A DNA stretch of 64,000 bases from assembly GCA_964016885.1 (NCBI GenBank), contig CAXHJY010000614.1, positions 1 to 64,000 on the forward strand. The letters run 5' to 3'. The position numbers and the translations under genes were made by a program. Source of the stretch: Eledone cirrhosa. Lineage: Eukaryota. Numbering within the stretch: the first letter of the stretch is position 1; every line of letters begins with the position of its first letter. Shown piece after piece: positions 28,464 through 40,811 of this stretch. The notes beneath the pieces are model-generated. The model ran no database searches, was not told the origin of the DNA, and was given only the letters and a program-made list of their open reading frames with translations.

Positions 28464-29760
28464 TTAAGTATTGTAAGAGTCCTAGCTACAGTCTGGTCTG
28501 TCCCCATCCCTTCTAATTTTTCTCTGCTGTCTGAGGTTGAGCTCTTTAAATATTGTGAGGCCCATGGCTAGAGCTTTGTCAGTCCCCCACCCATTATAAT
28601 GCCACTGCTATCTGTGGTTGTATTACACTTTGAAAAGCCATTCTTGTCAGCCATGAGAGATGACATGCCAGGAGACCAATATAAGACATGTTCAGACATG
28701 TAATTCCATCAACATCTACCTGTGCACAGCAGTCCTATATCTTAAAATGCTTACACATCTATTATCAGGTTGAAAACCCATTTTCAATAAATTCACAAGG
28801 GTCAAATTCCATACCACATATGTCACCAAAAAATTAGAACAAAATTAGGGCTAGAGATTCGTCTAAGAGCCCATTACAGCAAAGGTAACACATCTAATGG
28901 TGATGGTGGTAGTGTGGGTGTAGTATGGGATTGATGATGGTGTGTGTGTGTGTGGAGGGGGTGGGGGTGATGGTATTAATGGTGGTGTGGGGTGGGGTTG
29001 ACAATGATGGTGATGCATGTGTGGGTGGGTGTGATAGTGGTATTAATGGTGGTGGTGGTGTCATTAGTAGTACTAATGATGAAGGCAGTGTCGTAGGTGC
29101 ATTATTAATGCTAGAATTAAATACAAACATTTAATGTCAATTAAATGCTTCATTTCAAGCCAACCGAGAACAAGAGGATTAAAAAATATCACAAATAACT
29201 TACCAAAACAATTGGTATTACATATATCAACAATAATTGTTTGGTGAGGAATCAGTATAACTGATTGCCATTTGTCTCAAAGATATCCAGTTTTTTTATA
29301 TTCTTTAACATGATGAGAAACTAAATATTGTAGTGAAATATGTGTGAGATTAAGATTGTGATGGATAACATAGTACAGGTTCATAAAACATTTGCATAGA
29401 CATGGCTGTACTCTGGGGTCATACTATACACAAGGATGTAATTTATTCTTATTTGTTTAGCCTCAGAAACAGGTGTGGTTTTATACTCAAGTCACTGTAT
29501 ACACAAAGAAATACAGTATATGTATGCACATATGTATGTGAGTGTGTGTGTGTGAATATTCTTTTTGCTTTGAAGCAAGCACGGTGATCATACAAAAGCT
29601 TTCCTCTTCACACAGCTCTTCAAATTTTCATTGAGTTGCATGTGTTGAGAAGCTTCTGAGATATGAGGGGCTGTTGCGCTGTTTTTAGAAGGAAGGATTC
29701 CCATGTCAGTTCAATAAGGATCATTCTCAAGCCTCTCAGTCCAAAGTAATGTGTGCATAG

Positions 29761-30024
29761 TGCAGCGCGACTTATATCGGACAGACGGGACGCCGCCTGG
29801 CGGACCGAGTCACGGAGCACCTCCGGGATATTCGTCTCGGGGGCAGTTCCCCCATCGCCCGCCACTTTGGTGGCCCTGGACACTCCGCACGCCATCTCAC
29901 AGTCTGTGGCCTACTCCAGTGTCACGGAACACCCGCCAATCGCCTTACGGTCGAACAACGAACTATCTTCATCTTACAGACCCACACTCCCCCCGGCCTG
30001 AACTCCCCACCCTTATTCCTTTAG
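29761..30024 (+). pseudogene. GIY-YIG endonuclease C-terminal part of a PLE (frame missing from the ORF track)
   Basis: CSATYIGQTGRRLADRVTEHLRDIRLGGSSPIARHFGGPGHSARHLTVCGLLQCHGTPANRLTVEQRTIFILQTHTPPGLNSPPLFL*: YIG, R, H, E and GLN motifs. Confidence 0.9.
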
Positions 30025-31529
30025 CCTTCGACCCCCCCCCCCCCACACACACTTATCCCCCACTAACACCACTAACACACCCCTCCTTTTCACCGCCCAC
30101 CCCACAACTAACAATACTAACACCTCCACTCCACCCCTCATCTGACCACCCTTCCCCAACTAACATACTAACACCCCTTCCCTCCCCTCTTCTCCCCCCC
30201 TCCTTATCACACGCACACACCCACCGGCACATATATACACGCGCTCACACTAAACACACACCCTACTACCACCACTAACCCTCACCCCACACCTCTCACC
30301 CCCACACCTCCATCCCACCACCCCGCAACTAACCTCACTAACACCCCCAAACCCCAAGCACATGAACACACGCACCCACTAACACCACCCACCCCACACG
30401 CAACTAACATCACTAACACCCCCCAACCCCACGCACACGTACCCACACACCCTCGTACACCACCAACTCTACACACCCTACCACCACTAACCCCCACTCA
30501 CACCTGCATTCAACCCCTCCCCACCTCCCGTATACTAACACCCACTAACACCTCTTCATCAAACTACACACACACCAGTACACCACACTCCCTCCATAGA
30601 ACCACACACACCCTTCTCTCCCCGCTCCACCCACACCCTCGCTCCACACTCACTCATCCCACTAACACCCCTACTAATACACACACACACACACACACCC
30701 TCCTCACTCCAACTTTCACACCTACCCATCCTCACCCCCTTACCATTCCACCGACTGCTGCTATGCCCTCTGACCACCTCCCAGCACTAACAGACTACAG
30801 CACTCCCACTGCTGACCACTTCCTGTTGCGCGCGCACCCCACATCTCTCCTCTTCCGACCACCGCTTCATGGATTACCCACACGCAGAAATTCACCTACA
30901 ACCAATCCACTAAACATCCTTGGAACTTACCAACTTTTCAACCATCCTCTTACATAATCACCTATATAACACACACACCCCAAAAAAATTTTTTTTATCC
31001 ACATGCCACCCACACCCACAACACACTTAAACCCCACACACACGTGCTTTCCACCACATATTTACACCCTCAGCCTCCTGATTCCTCTCCCCCCACCCCT
31101 CTATCCACACACGCACAGACACTCCGACCCACAAAAACCCCCACACACACCTCTTCCTGAACATGCAACCCCGTTCTTCCCCCAACCCTTACTTTCACAT
31201 ACACACACACACACACACCTACACACACACACCACCTTCAGCCCTCCCCGCTCGGACACCCCGTCTCCCTCTCCCCACTCCACCCGCCACCATACCTACA
31301 CACCCCACACCCTTCCACCACCTGTCTACCCCCCTTTTAATTTCAGTTTATTTTGATCATGCCTTTATTTTTAAATTTATCTCATTCCTTGTATTTTGAT
31401 CATGCTTTATTTTTATTTTTATTTTTATCTTTACTTGTTATTTTTTCATTCGCACCGTTTCCTTTCGCTATATGTCTCTCCACCACTCCCCTACACACCC
31501 TTTGAACTCTGTTCCCACACACTTCTCAC

Positions 31530-31560
31530 CTGAGGAAGGGCTTATGCCCGAAACGTCGTC
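31530..31560 (+). ncRNA. Hammerhead ribozyme core, stem I poorly paired
   Basis: CTGAGGA a gggc-ttat-gccc GAAA cgtc; little stem I complementarity. Confidence 0.6.
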
Positions 31561-31705
31561 CCCCACCTACACCCCACTCTCCAGAGCGTGAAATTAATAA
31601 ACATTTGTTGTACTGCCTCTCTGTTTTGTCCCTGTTCAAATTTTTCCATTATATATATATATATATATATATTGAAATCCATATCTCACTTCCATTTTAA
31701 ATAAA

Positions 31706-31780
31706 ATTTCATTCTGATGATTGAAGGCAGACGTCTGTGCTAGGTTCGTCTGTCTTCATGAAACCTTTGGTAAATGAAAT
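31706..31780 (+). ncRNA. Type I hammerhead ribozyme (family A)
   Basis: atttcatt CTGATGA t tgaaggcagacg-loop-cgtctgtcttca t GAAA cc-ttt-gg TA aatgaaat; 8-bp stem I and 12-bp stem II. Confidence 0.9.
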
Positions 31781-31867
31781 AATTATCTTATGTTGTTTAT
31801 TACATAACTAAGAAGCTTTGTAGCCTACATAGAGCACCCTCTTTTCCTTTACCTTTCCTACAGAAAT

Positions 31868-31942
<75 letters not shown>

Positions 31943-31980
31943 ATATATATATGTACATATATATATATACATATATATAT

Positions 31981-32590
31981 GGTGGCTGCCAACTCGTTTT
32001 CGAGTATGGCCACTACTTTATATCCATGTAGGAGAACTCCTACCGATGCGCTGAACGAATGTGACTTTAGTCCAGCCAGCGACTTGAAAACTCTGGTACA
32101 AACACTACACTTGTGACAATTATTGACCCATAGTGCTAGGCCCATGGTACCATGTGACGACAAGTGCAGAGAGATCTCCAGATATAAAGCAATGCCTGTG
32201 CCGTGAAGCTTTTATAGTGAGCAAAGGCACTGCACAAAGCCAGTCCCACTCTCTTAACCAAGATGATATTTACCAAAAAGAAGAACAAGTCAACATCATT
32301 GGATACCATCAGAGTTGCAGGTGTTATATCAGAGTTTTCCTTCTCCTAGAATTCTGCCTTGACAAAGGCTAAGGGGTCATCTCTCCCGGTGATTTTGGAT
32401 GGCCATTGACTCTTAAGAGCTCCTTTGCCCTTTGACAGGTTTTGTTTTTAGTCCTGCAGGATGTCCAAAGTCACCCTCCTCACCAAGAAACCTTAGTGGG
32501 GTTGCCAGTTTAGTCGCCAACAACCCGACCATGGGACAGGTTGTACTGGAATACATGTTACCAGTAGCACCAAGTGGTGACCTGACATAA
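31981..32590 (-). mobile_element. Probable non-autonomous RTE-derived element (5' UTR-like part plus C2H2-like C-terminal remnant)
   Basis: CHKCSVCTRVFKSLAGLKSH; part of the sequence recurs at ~57010-57200. Confidence 0.5.
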
Positions 32591-32744
32591 CATATATATA
32601 TACACATATATATACATACATACATATATATACATGTTATATAGTATTTAGTATATATACACACATATATATATATATACATATATATATTATATAGTAT
32701 GTAGTATATATATACACACACACATATATGTTATATAGTATTTA

Positions 32745-32793
<49 letters not shown>

Positions 32794-32804
32794 TATATAC
32801 ATAC

Positions 32805-32835
<31 letters not shown>

Positions 32836-32848
32836 CATACATATAAAC

Positions 32849-32897
<49 letters not shown>

Positions 32898-33324
32898 CAT
32901 ATATATAGATATACATACATATAAACATATACATTTATATATACATATATATACATACACAAACATATATATATATATATACATTCATACATACATATAA
33001 ACATATATATATATACATTCATACATACATATAAACATATATATATATACATTCATACATACATATAAACATATATATATATATATACATTCATACATTC
33101 ATATATATATATATATACATATATATATATTTAAAAGAATAGAGGTGTAACACACAAGTTATTATATATTGGTAAACGGAATAGAAAATGCTGACAAATT
33201 GTTCACAGTGAAAAATAGTTTAATTAGGAATAAGTGAGAATTAGTAATAGTATTGGTTAGTATTCAGTTTTGGTTTTAAGTTTTACCGGTTGCGCATTTC
33301 TAATGCTTTTCAAAAATAATTTTG

Positions 33325-33382
33325 AGATAGAGCATCCGTGATGTTTGCTCAGATCAGAGCAAACATCACGGATGCTCTATCT
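33325..33382. repeat. Perfect 26-bp-arm palindrome
   Basis: agatagagcatccgtgatgtttgctc-agatca-gagcaaacatcacggatgctctatct. Confidence 0.92.
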
Positions 33383-33804
33383 ATAATTGTGATGGTGATG
33401 ATGATGTTGCTAATAACCATTTTTCTTTATGCAAATTTTTATCTGTTGTAGAATTACAAGAAAGCAGACAAATACAAATGTGTGATGGCGGAATATTTCA
33501 AATACCCAGAGAGTGTAAAAAGAACTATACTGTATTCTATACTAACTGTTGGATTGTGTGTATGTATGTGTGTGTATGTGTCTGTGTAGTGGAGTTGTGC
33601 ATGTATGTGAGTGTGTGTATATGTGTGTATGTCTGTTTGTGTATACATGTATGATTTGGTGGCCTCAAACACCCAGAGAGGGTAAGAAGTACCATTCAGT
33701 GTTCTATATTTTCTGATTGTCCAGTATGTCTAGTTCAGCTGTGTGTGTGTGATTGTTTGAGTGTAAGATTGTGTGAGTGTGTGTGTGAAGGTGTGTGTCT
33801 TCGT

Positions 33805-34110
33805 AGTTAGCATGTTCAGCTTATGATTTTAAGAACATGAGTTAGATTCCTTGTGGTGTATTGTGTCCTTGAGCAAGACACTTTATTTTATGTTGCTCCA
33901 GTCTACTCAACTGGCAAAAATGAGTTGTACCTGTAAAGTCAAAGGATCAGCCTTATCTCACACTGTGTCATACTAAATCTCCCGGAGAACTATGTTAAGG
34001 GAGCACATGTTCGTGGAATGGTCAGCCACTTGCACATCAATTTTATGAGCATGCTGCTCCATTGGTAAAAAAACAGGTGGAACACTCATTGTCAGAACTG
34101 ACAGAGGTCC
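33805..34110 (+). mobile_element. Degenerate CORE-type SINE
   Basis: gtgtccttgagcaagacactttattt core; similar to 27183-27470. Confidence 0.7.
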
Positions 34111-34359
34111 AACATACATGCAGACACACACATTTACATCTTGTGTAGCTTAGCTCCAAGTGTGTATGCATGTGCGTGTATGTACATGTCTGTGTGCCCA
34201 CGTGTGTCTACATTTTGTCGAACAACCAAGTTACTGGATATAAATAACACAGACACAAATGGAAATAGACACAAGCACACTCACAATAACGGATTTTAGC
34301 AGTTTCTGTCTATCAAACTTTACTCACAAGGCATTGGTCATTCCATAGTTATATCTGTG

Positions 34360-34690
34360 TATCATCATCATCATTAACATAACCATTTAACGACAATTTT
34401 TCGATGCTGGCATGGCTGAAACAAGTAATCCTGTCGTGAGCAATGCTAGGTCAAGCGACCATGTCATGCTCATACAGAACTGATTTTGGCTTGGTTTCTA
34501 CAGCTGGTGCCAACCTCATTTATAGTAAGTATTGGGTGCTTTTCGTTGTGATGCCTACATGACCATTTTACAGTGTGGACTGGGTGCTTTTTGCTGCGAC
34601 ACCCCATGACCACTTTACAGTGTGGGCTGGGTGCTTTTTGCCATGACACCTACACGACCACTTTACAGTGTGGGCTAGGTGCTTTTTACC
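34360..34690 (-). mobile_element. RTE 3' UTR fragment with ~40-bp repeats
   Basis: Repeated gaccactttacagtgtgggctgggtgcttttt units. Confidence 0.8.
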
Positions 34691-36025
34691 CCAAGTTATG
34701 GGATATAAACAACACCATCATCATATGTATGTTTTCATAGCAAGGGTTGGATGGGTGACCAAGTTAGTACTGAAGTGGGGCTACTGACCTCCCATACAGG
34801 CGAAGGTGTCTGTATCTCGCTTACATACTGTCATATTAAGTGCAGTGGAGAAGTTGTGTGTTTGACAACTGAAGGGTCCTCCCAAACTTTGTTTAGCAAG
34901 CTTTCTACAACTGGATGCCCTTCCTATCACTAACCATTTCACAGCATGTACTGGGTGTGTTTATCGTGTAGATCACCAACACTAGTCTTTGGCACAACTA
35001 AAGGGTCCTCTCAACCATTTTAAGCATGGATTTTAAAGCGGGGTACTCTTTATGTCGCCAACCACCCCTACGGAGTGTACTAGATGCATTTTCGTGGCAC
35101 CGTCACTAGCGCAGTTGTTGGTCATACACCTAACTAAAGATTCCTCTCTGCTCTGACAGAGGGTGCAATAGGGGAGGGAGATAGGAATGAAGTTATAGGT
35201 GTTTGTGGGGATTTGGCAGGGCAATGAGGAAAGGGTAGGAGTGGCTGATTAATATATGGGGATGTAGTTGTGTGGTCAATATGGTTGGGGTGGGGGTGTT
35301 ATGGAGAGATAGGTAGGATGTAAGGGATGTGTATGGGGTAGGGATAGCTGGTTAGTGTATGGGGAGAGAGGATGTAGTGGTGTGGATGATGTGCTCAATA
35401 GAGCGAGGGGGTCGTGGTGGAGAGATAGGAAAGGGGGTAGTCAGGGGTAAGGGTGGTAGTGTGGGTGATCATGGGGTAGAGAGAGTAGCTACTAGGGTGC
35501 AATGATGAGGATAGATAGTGGGGAGTGCTAGTGGAAAGGAGGGGTAGTTGGTTAGTGTATAGGGAGAGGTGTGGGGAATGTGCTCGATTGAGAGGACTGG
35601 GCGTGGTGGAGTGATAGGTATGGGGGTAAAGGGTGTTAGTGGTGGGGTGAACAATTGGTGAAGAGAGTAGCTACTAGGGTGAAATATATATATATAAAAT
35701 AGATATCGTTTTTTACAAAAACAATATATCATCATCATCATCATCATATGCTTTCCCTGTTAGCAAGGGTTGGAGGGTCTACATAGACCAAGTCAGTAAT
35801 GAAGTGGAGCTAATGACCTCCCAGATAGGCCAGAGAGTCTGCATCTTGTTTACATATAACCTCACATTCTACTGAATGCACGGGAGAGGTTGTCATGTCT
35901 TTGACACAACTGCAGGGTTCTCCTAACCCTTCGGCAAAATGTACACAGACACACAAACACTCACAGGTATATATATATATCATTATCATCACGGTTTATA
36001 TATATATGAGTTTATAAACACGTAT

Positions 36026-36114
36026 AAGTGCCTGAAGATTAGGACTCAGTTTTGATCCCTCTTACATTTTGAAGACATGGTTAATATTGGGCCTTGAAAC
36101 CTTAGGTAGCGCTT
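36026..36114 (+). ncRNA. Type I hammerhead ribozyme (family C)
   Basis: aagtgc CTGAAGA tt aggactcagt...attgggcct t GAAA cc-tta-gg TA gcgctt. Confidence 0.8.
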
Positions 36115-36214
36115 TTGTTCTGTGCATGAACATCAATAAATAATATATTTCAGTTCTTTTCCCTGACTGAGTACTGTTTTCCTTTTTCCTACCTACAGAT
36201 ATTTATATATATAT

Positions 36215-36870
36215 GGAACATCATTACAAATTCTTCTGGGTGGGTGGAGTTGGAATGCTATTATCTGAGTGATGGGCAGACCAGTTAATTGAGGTAGTTA
36301 AAGTGTGTAACAGAATAATTAAACTTAGACTAGTCTTTGGTAATACCATAGCCACTATACTATCTGTGTATGTCCCACAAGCTGGACTTCCAGATGAGCA
36401 AAAGGACCACTTCTATGAGGTCCGCTTACTGATTACCTCAATGACAGATGACAGTGAACTCATTATCGCAGCTGGTGACTTCAATGGACATGGGAAATAT
36501 CAGCCCTGGTGTGCATTGAGGCTGTAGTTATGACACATGAAATGAGAAGGGGACTAAGCTTCTGGAGTTCTGTGAAACTCTTGACTTAATGAACTGCAAC
36601 ACAAACTTCAAGAAACCAGCCAGCTACTTGATTACTTCCCAATCACAGAGGGAATTCAAGAGAAATAGACTTCATCTTCACCAGGAAATGAGACAGGCAT
36701 ATCGTTGTAAATGCCTTTCCTGGGGAAGAATGTGCCTCCCAACATACATTAGTTGTCAGAGACCTTAGAATAAGAGCTAGACAGTCTAGAGAAGGAAGAC
36801 CTGGAAACTAAGAGAATCCTCTGCAGGTAATAAATTCAGAGAAATCCTACTTGATACCTATGACAGTAAA
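36215..36870 (+). mobile_element. Decayed RTE LINE, apurinic endonuclease region
   Basis: RIIKLRLVFGNTIATILSVYVPQAGL...IIAAGDFNGH. Confidence 0.88.
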
Positions 36871-37163
36871 GAAGACATAAGATAAAGAAAAGCTGGGAAG
36901 TTGTCGATAGGAAGGGCACCATGCCATAGAAATCATACCTCAAAGGGTTGAGAGGATCCCTCAGTTGTGTCAATGGCACAACAACCTCTCTAATGTTGGT
37001 GATTTAGATGATAAACACCCAGTACATGCTGTAAATTAATTGGTGATATGAACAGCATCCAGCCATAGAAAGCTAGCCAAACAAAGGGTTGTGAGGACCC
37101 GACAGCCTCCCAAGTGTTAGTACTCTACAGGATAAATACACCCAGTACTGGTTGTATGTATAA

Positions 37164-37712
37164 TCTATATATCTAAAACAGAATATCTGTCTGTCTGACT
37201 CCCTAAAACACGAGAACAACCCAACCGATTGTTTTCAAACTTTACACATGTAATACTTATGGTCCTGTGAATGTTTTGGGCAAAAAATATTTCAAATTTT
37301 CAATGCCCTAGGGCATTAGGCATTAGGCGGTTTAGTGATCTCTCTCTCTTTTTTAGTCTTTCTTTTTAGATAGATACATAGATATAACTTATAATATGTC
37401 TGTATGTCTGCATTATGACATTATGACGCTATATGTGTGTGTGTGTTTGTGTATATATGTATATATAGTGTGTATATATATATATATAGTGTGTAACGTT
37501 ATTCGAAATATTTACTTCTGCTTTCACAGATTGATTTTTTTAGTTTCAGAAGATCCCGTTTAAGTATGTTTTGAAACAGTGAGCAGGTTTGAAATTAGAA
37601 AATAGAATAGCTTTCACCGTATCTTTGACTAAAGAAATTTTAGCCTGATAATGGGGTTCTAAACCCTATTATCAGGCTAAGATTTCTTTAGTCAAAAATA
37701 CGGTGAAAGCTA

Positions 37713-37756
<44 letters not shown>

Positions 37757-38656
37757 CGAGAATACTAATGTGTATGAATGTAACAAAGAGACGAACGGTT
37801 AGTTTGTATAATATTTAATAAATAATATGTGGATATATATAGAATATTATAGTTGACATGTCAATGAATAGATGAGAGAATGAAACAAAGTTATTAGTTA
37901 CCGCTTGGTTGCCAGGATTACACACGCCTGACGGAAGACTCCTGGCAAAAGCCAGGAGGCGCCTGACCGAAAAGGCGAATGAGAGATATGAACGGCTGCG
38001 TGTTCGTATCACGTCGGGGGTCTCCAATTATAGCAAAATACTAGTGTGTATGAATGTAACAAGGAGACGTGGTTTGTGTGTATAATATTTAATAAACAAT
38101 ATGTGGATATATATAGAATATTATAGTTGACATGTTAATGAATAGATGAGAGAATGAAACAAAGTTATTAGTTACCAGGGTTGCCAGGGTTACACACGCC
38201 TGACGGAAGACTCCTGGCAAAAGCCAGGAGGCGCCTGACCGAAAAGGCGAATGAGAGATAGAAAACTTAAAGTTGTTAGTTTTATAGGGTTTCTGACCGG
38301 AAGTTACAGAAAGGGTTCTACTTCCTGTCTAGAGAGCGTTAATCTATTGGGGATGTAAGTGTCACAACAAGGGAGGCAACTCCTGCTACATATATAATTA
38401 TATATTCGTGTACAGATATTTTTGCATACACAATAACAAAATATAAACAAAAGTATTTATTTCGCGATAAAGTATTGATTTTCTTCGCACGGAAAAACAC
38501 CCTGGTAATCTACGACGAATTTTTTTTATAAGCACAAAATGTAGACACCATCCCGAGGCCGAGGTATTCCGTACTTCTCTGTACTGTTTCAGAAAGGAGG
38601 GATAAACATGCCAATCTATGTTTAGAATCCCGAGCAACGCCGGGACATTCTGTTAG
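37164..38656 (+). mobile_element. Non-autonomous Helitron-like element
   Basis: A|TC 5' end with tctatatat...tgtctgtctg, subterminal GC hairpin cccgagcaacgccggg (38629-38644), end TTAG|T (CTAG variant); internal duplication ~37760-37990 / ~38035-38260. Confidence 0.75.
37604..37716. repeat. ~55-bp-arm palindrome inside the Helitron
   Basis: agaatagctttcaccgtat...cctgataatggggtt-cta-aaccctattatcagg...atacggtgaaagctattct. Confidence 0.9.
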
Positions 38657-38715
38657 TATAATATAAAATAATTCACTCTACTACCAGTATTGAGTCTTCC
38701 ACCAGTAAAGGTTTG

Positions 38716-39164
38716 GAAGAGGCTATGTAGCCGTTCCCGGTAAAATAGACTCCGAGGCTATGTAGCTGGTAAGAGTGTCAGACACACTGAGTTTGAGTCA
38801 AGACAATTTGAAATCTTTTCCACCATCAGTTGTTAAAAAACAAATTTAAACCATTCAGTCGTCTATTCGTAATGTTTAATTTCATACACACACATCTACA
38901 CGTAAATACATAAACAGATACAGACAACAGAAGTGCAAACTTACACACACATCTACACGTAAATACATAAACAGATACAGACAACAGAAGTGGAAACCCA
39001 CACATACACACACATCTACTTATATATATTCATAGACACATTATACAAAATAATTATTGCATACACACACGTCTATGAATGATTGAGGAACGGAGGGCTG
39101 GTGAAACACTATAGCGATATGTGTGTTGCGCCCCTTTAGGGTTTACCGGCTACATAGCCTAATC
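38716..39164. mobile_element. Mutator-like (MULE) MITE with 11-bp TSD
   Basis: TIRs gaagaggctatgtagcc / ggctacatagcctaatc; exact direct repeat gtaaaggtttg at 38705-38715 and 39165-39175. Confidence 0.85.
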
Positions 39165-39949
39165 GTAAAGGTTTGTGTTTATTTTAACATTCGTCGCTGT
39201 AATGGTCAACATTTTGTTTATAGTAAATTGTTAGGGAAGTAGAAGGCTAAAAAACGGTGCAAGGGAGATAATTATGTTTCTAAAAGCGTTACATTTACCG
39301 AATTCTGAAAAATGATATCTGGAATATTCAAAAACAATTCATTGATATTGTTGACATAAATGAACCACAAGTAGGAATGGCACAACGATTAAAGTCAATT
39401 AGGTAGCCGTCTAAGGCACATACTTCAGCGCAGTGCATTTCTGAATCTTAAAGGATCACAGTTTTATACAAATATGTATAATCAAAGTAAATATATTATA
39501 ATTTCCTGCAAACAACAAATAAACTGCTTAACTTCTTTGCTTCGTAGCAGCATGGTGGAATTATTCAAAGTGACCGAGCTGGTTGTATCGTGATATGATT
39601 CTTCATATAATTTGGCATGGGTGAGTGTAGACTTTGTTGTGGAAAATGCAGTCTTAGTAATTTTGTAAAGGAATTACTAACAAGGTGTCAAAATCTAGGT
39701 TCGCCAGCTTACCAACTGAAATGGTTTTATTTGAGAAATAGGGCGCATAAAAGAGTGGTAAATACCTAGGTGTTGGTCTCTTGACATATGACCTCTCGTA
39801 GCTGATACGACATGCTTTTGAAAGTGGGGTGTTATCACAGATAGTAGTGGCAGAATAATGGGCGATGAGACTGACTTGGCTGTAGCAAGGAGCTCTCACA
39901 AGAAAGGGAAAAGAAGAGAGAGAGAGAGAGAGAGAGTCGAACCTAACAC

Positions 39950-40495
39950 GGGCCTGGTACTTTATTTATTGACTAAAAAAAAAAAAATGAAAGGCAAATT
40001 GACCTCGGCGAGATTTGATCTTGGAAAGTAAAGAACCATAGCTAAATACCATAAGGCATTCTGTCTGTCCGAAAACTCAAACGATTCTGTCGACCCACGC
40101 CCTTTCCCCGTTAAACTACCGCATCTTATATTACAATTGTTTCTACTTTTAGCACAAGGCCAGCAATTACCCAGTGCATTACTGGTACTTATTTTATCGA
40201 CCCCGTAAGGATGAAAGGTAAAGTTAACCTCGGCGGGATTTGAACTCAGAACGGCAAGAGCCGTAACTCTATGCGTCAAAGCATGGCGTCCCGACCCTCT
40301 ACCGGTACTGCCAATCCACCAGGCACAAGGCCAACAATTTTTGGGGAGAGGAAAGTCGATTAAATCGATTTTATCGACCCCGTAAGAACAAAAGGCAAAG
40401 TTTACCTCGGCGGGATTTGAACTCAGAACGCAAAGGGCCGTAACTAAATACTGCAAAGCATAGTGTCTGACGATCTAAAGATACTGCCAATGTTA
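39950..40495 (-). mobile_element. Cluster of three Meta-type tRNA-derived SINE copies
   Basis: Reverse complement shows B box gagttcaaatcc and the tttcatccttacggggtcgataaaat domain in successive copies. Confidence 0.85.
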
Positions 40496-40811
40496 TAATG
40501 TGATGTGAGGCTGATTGTCACACTTAGTGGTGAATCCCCCCCCCCCCCCGCCTTCTTTTTAAAAAATGTTTTTATTTTTATCTCTCTTTTCCCGTTTATA
40601 TTTGTATATATTATATGTGTTTGTGTTTTCGGTCTGTAAGTATTATATTATATTTTTATCATATGTGTTTATATTTTCATTCTGAAAGAATTGCGAGCAA
40701 TTTGTAATGTTATTTATACAACTGTGAATAAAACCTGACCAAGTTACTATCTTAGTAACAAAAAAACAAAAAAATGTGTTGTCAATATAGATGTTTTCTT
40801 TGTCTGTTCAG

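Larger units (their letters stand above)
29752..31650 (+). mobile_element. 5'-truncated Penelope-like element (GIY-YIG end, C-rich 3' region, terminal hammerhead core)
   Basis: GIY-YIG frame at 29761-30024, long strand-biased C/A-rich tail, HHR core at 31530, AATAAA near 31596, ends in (TA)n. Confidence 0.85.

Noticed and set aside
29751-30278. Pro-rich ORFs listed in the track
   Set aside because: Wrong frames; the meaningful frame is the GIY-YIG at 29761-30024, followed by low-complexity DNA.
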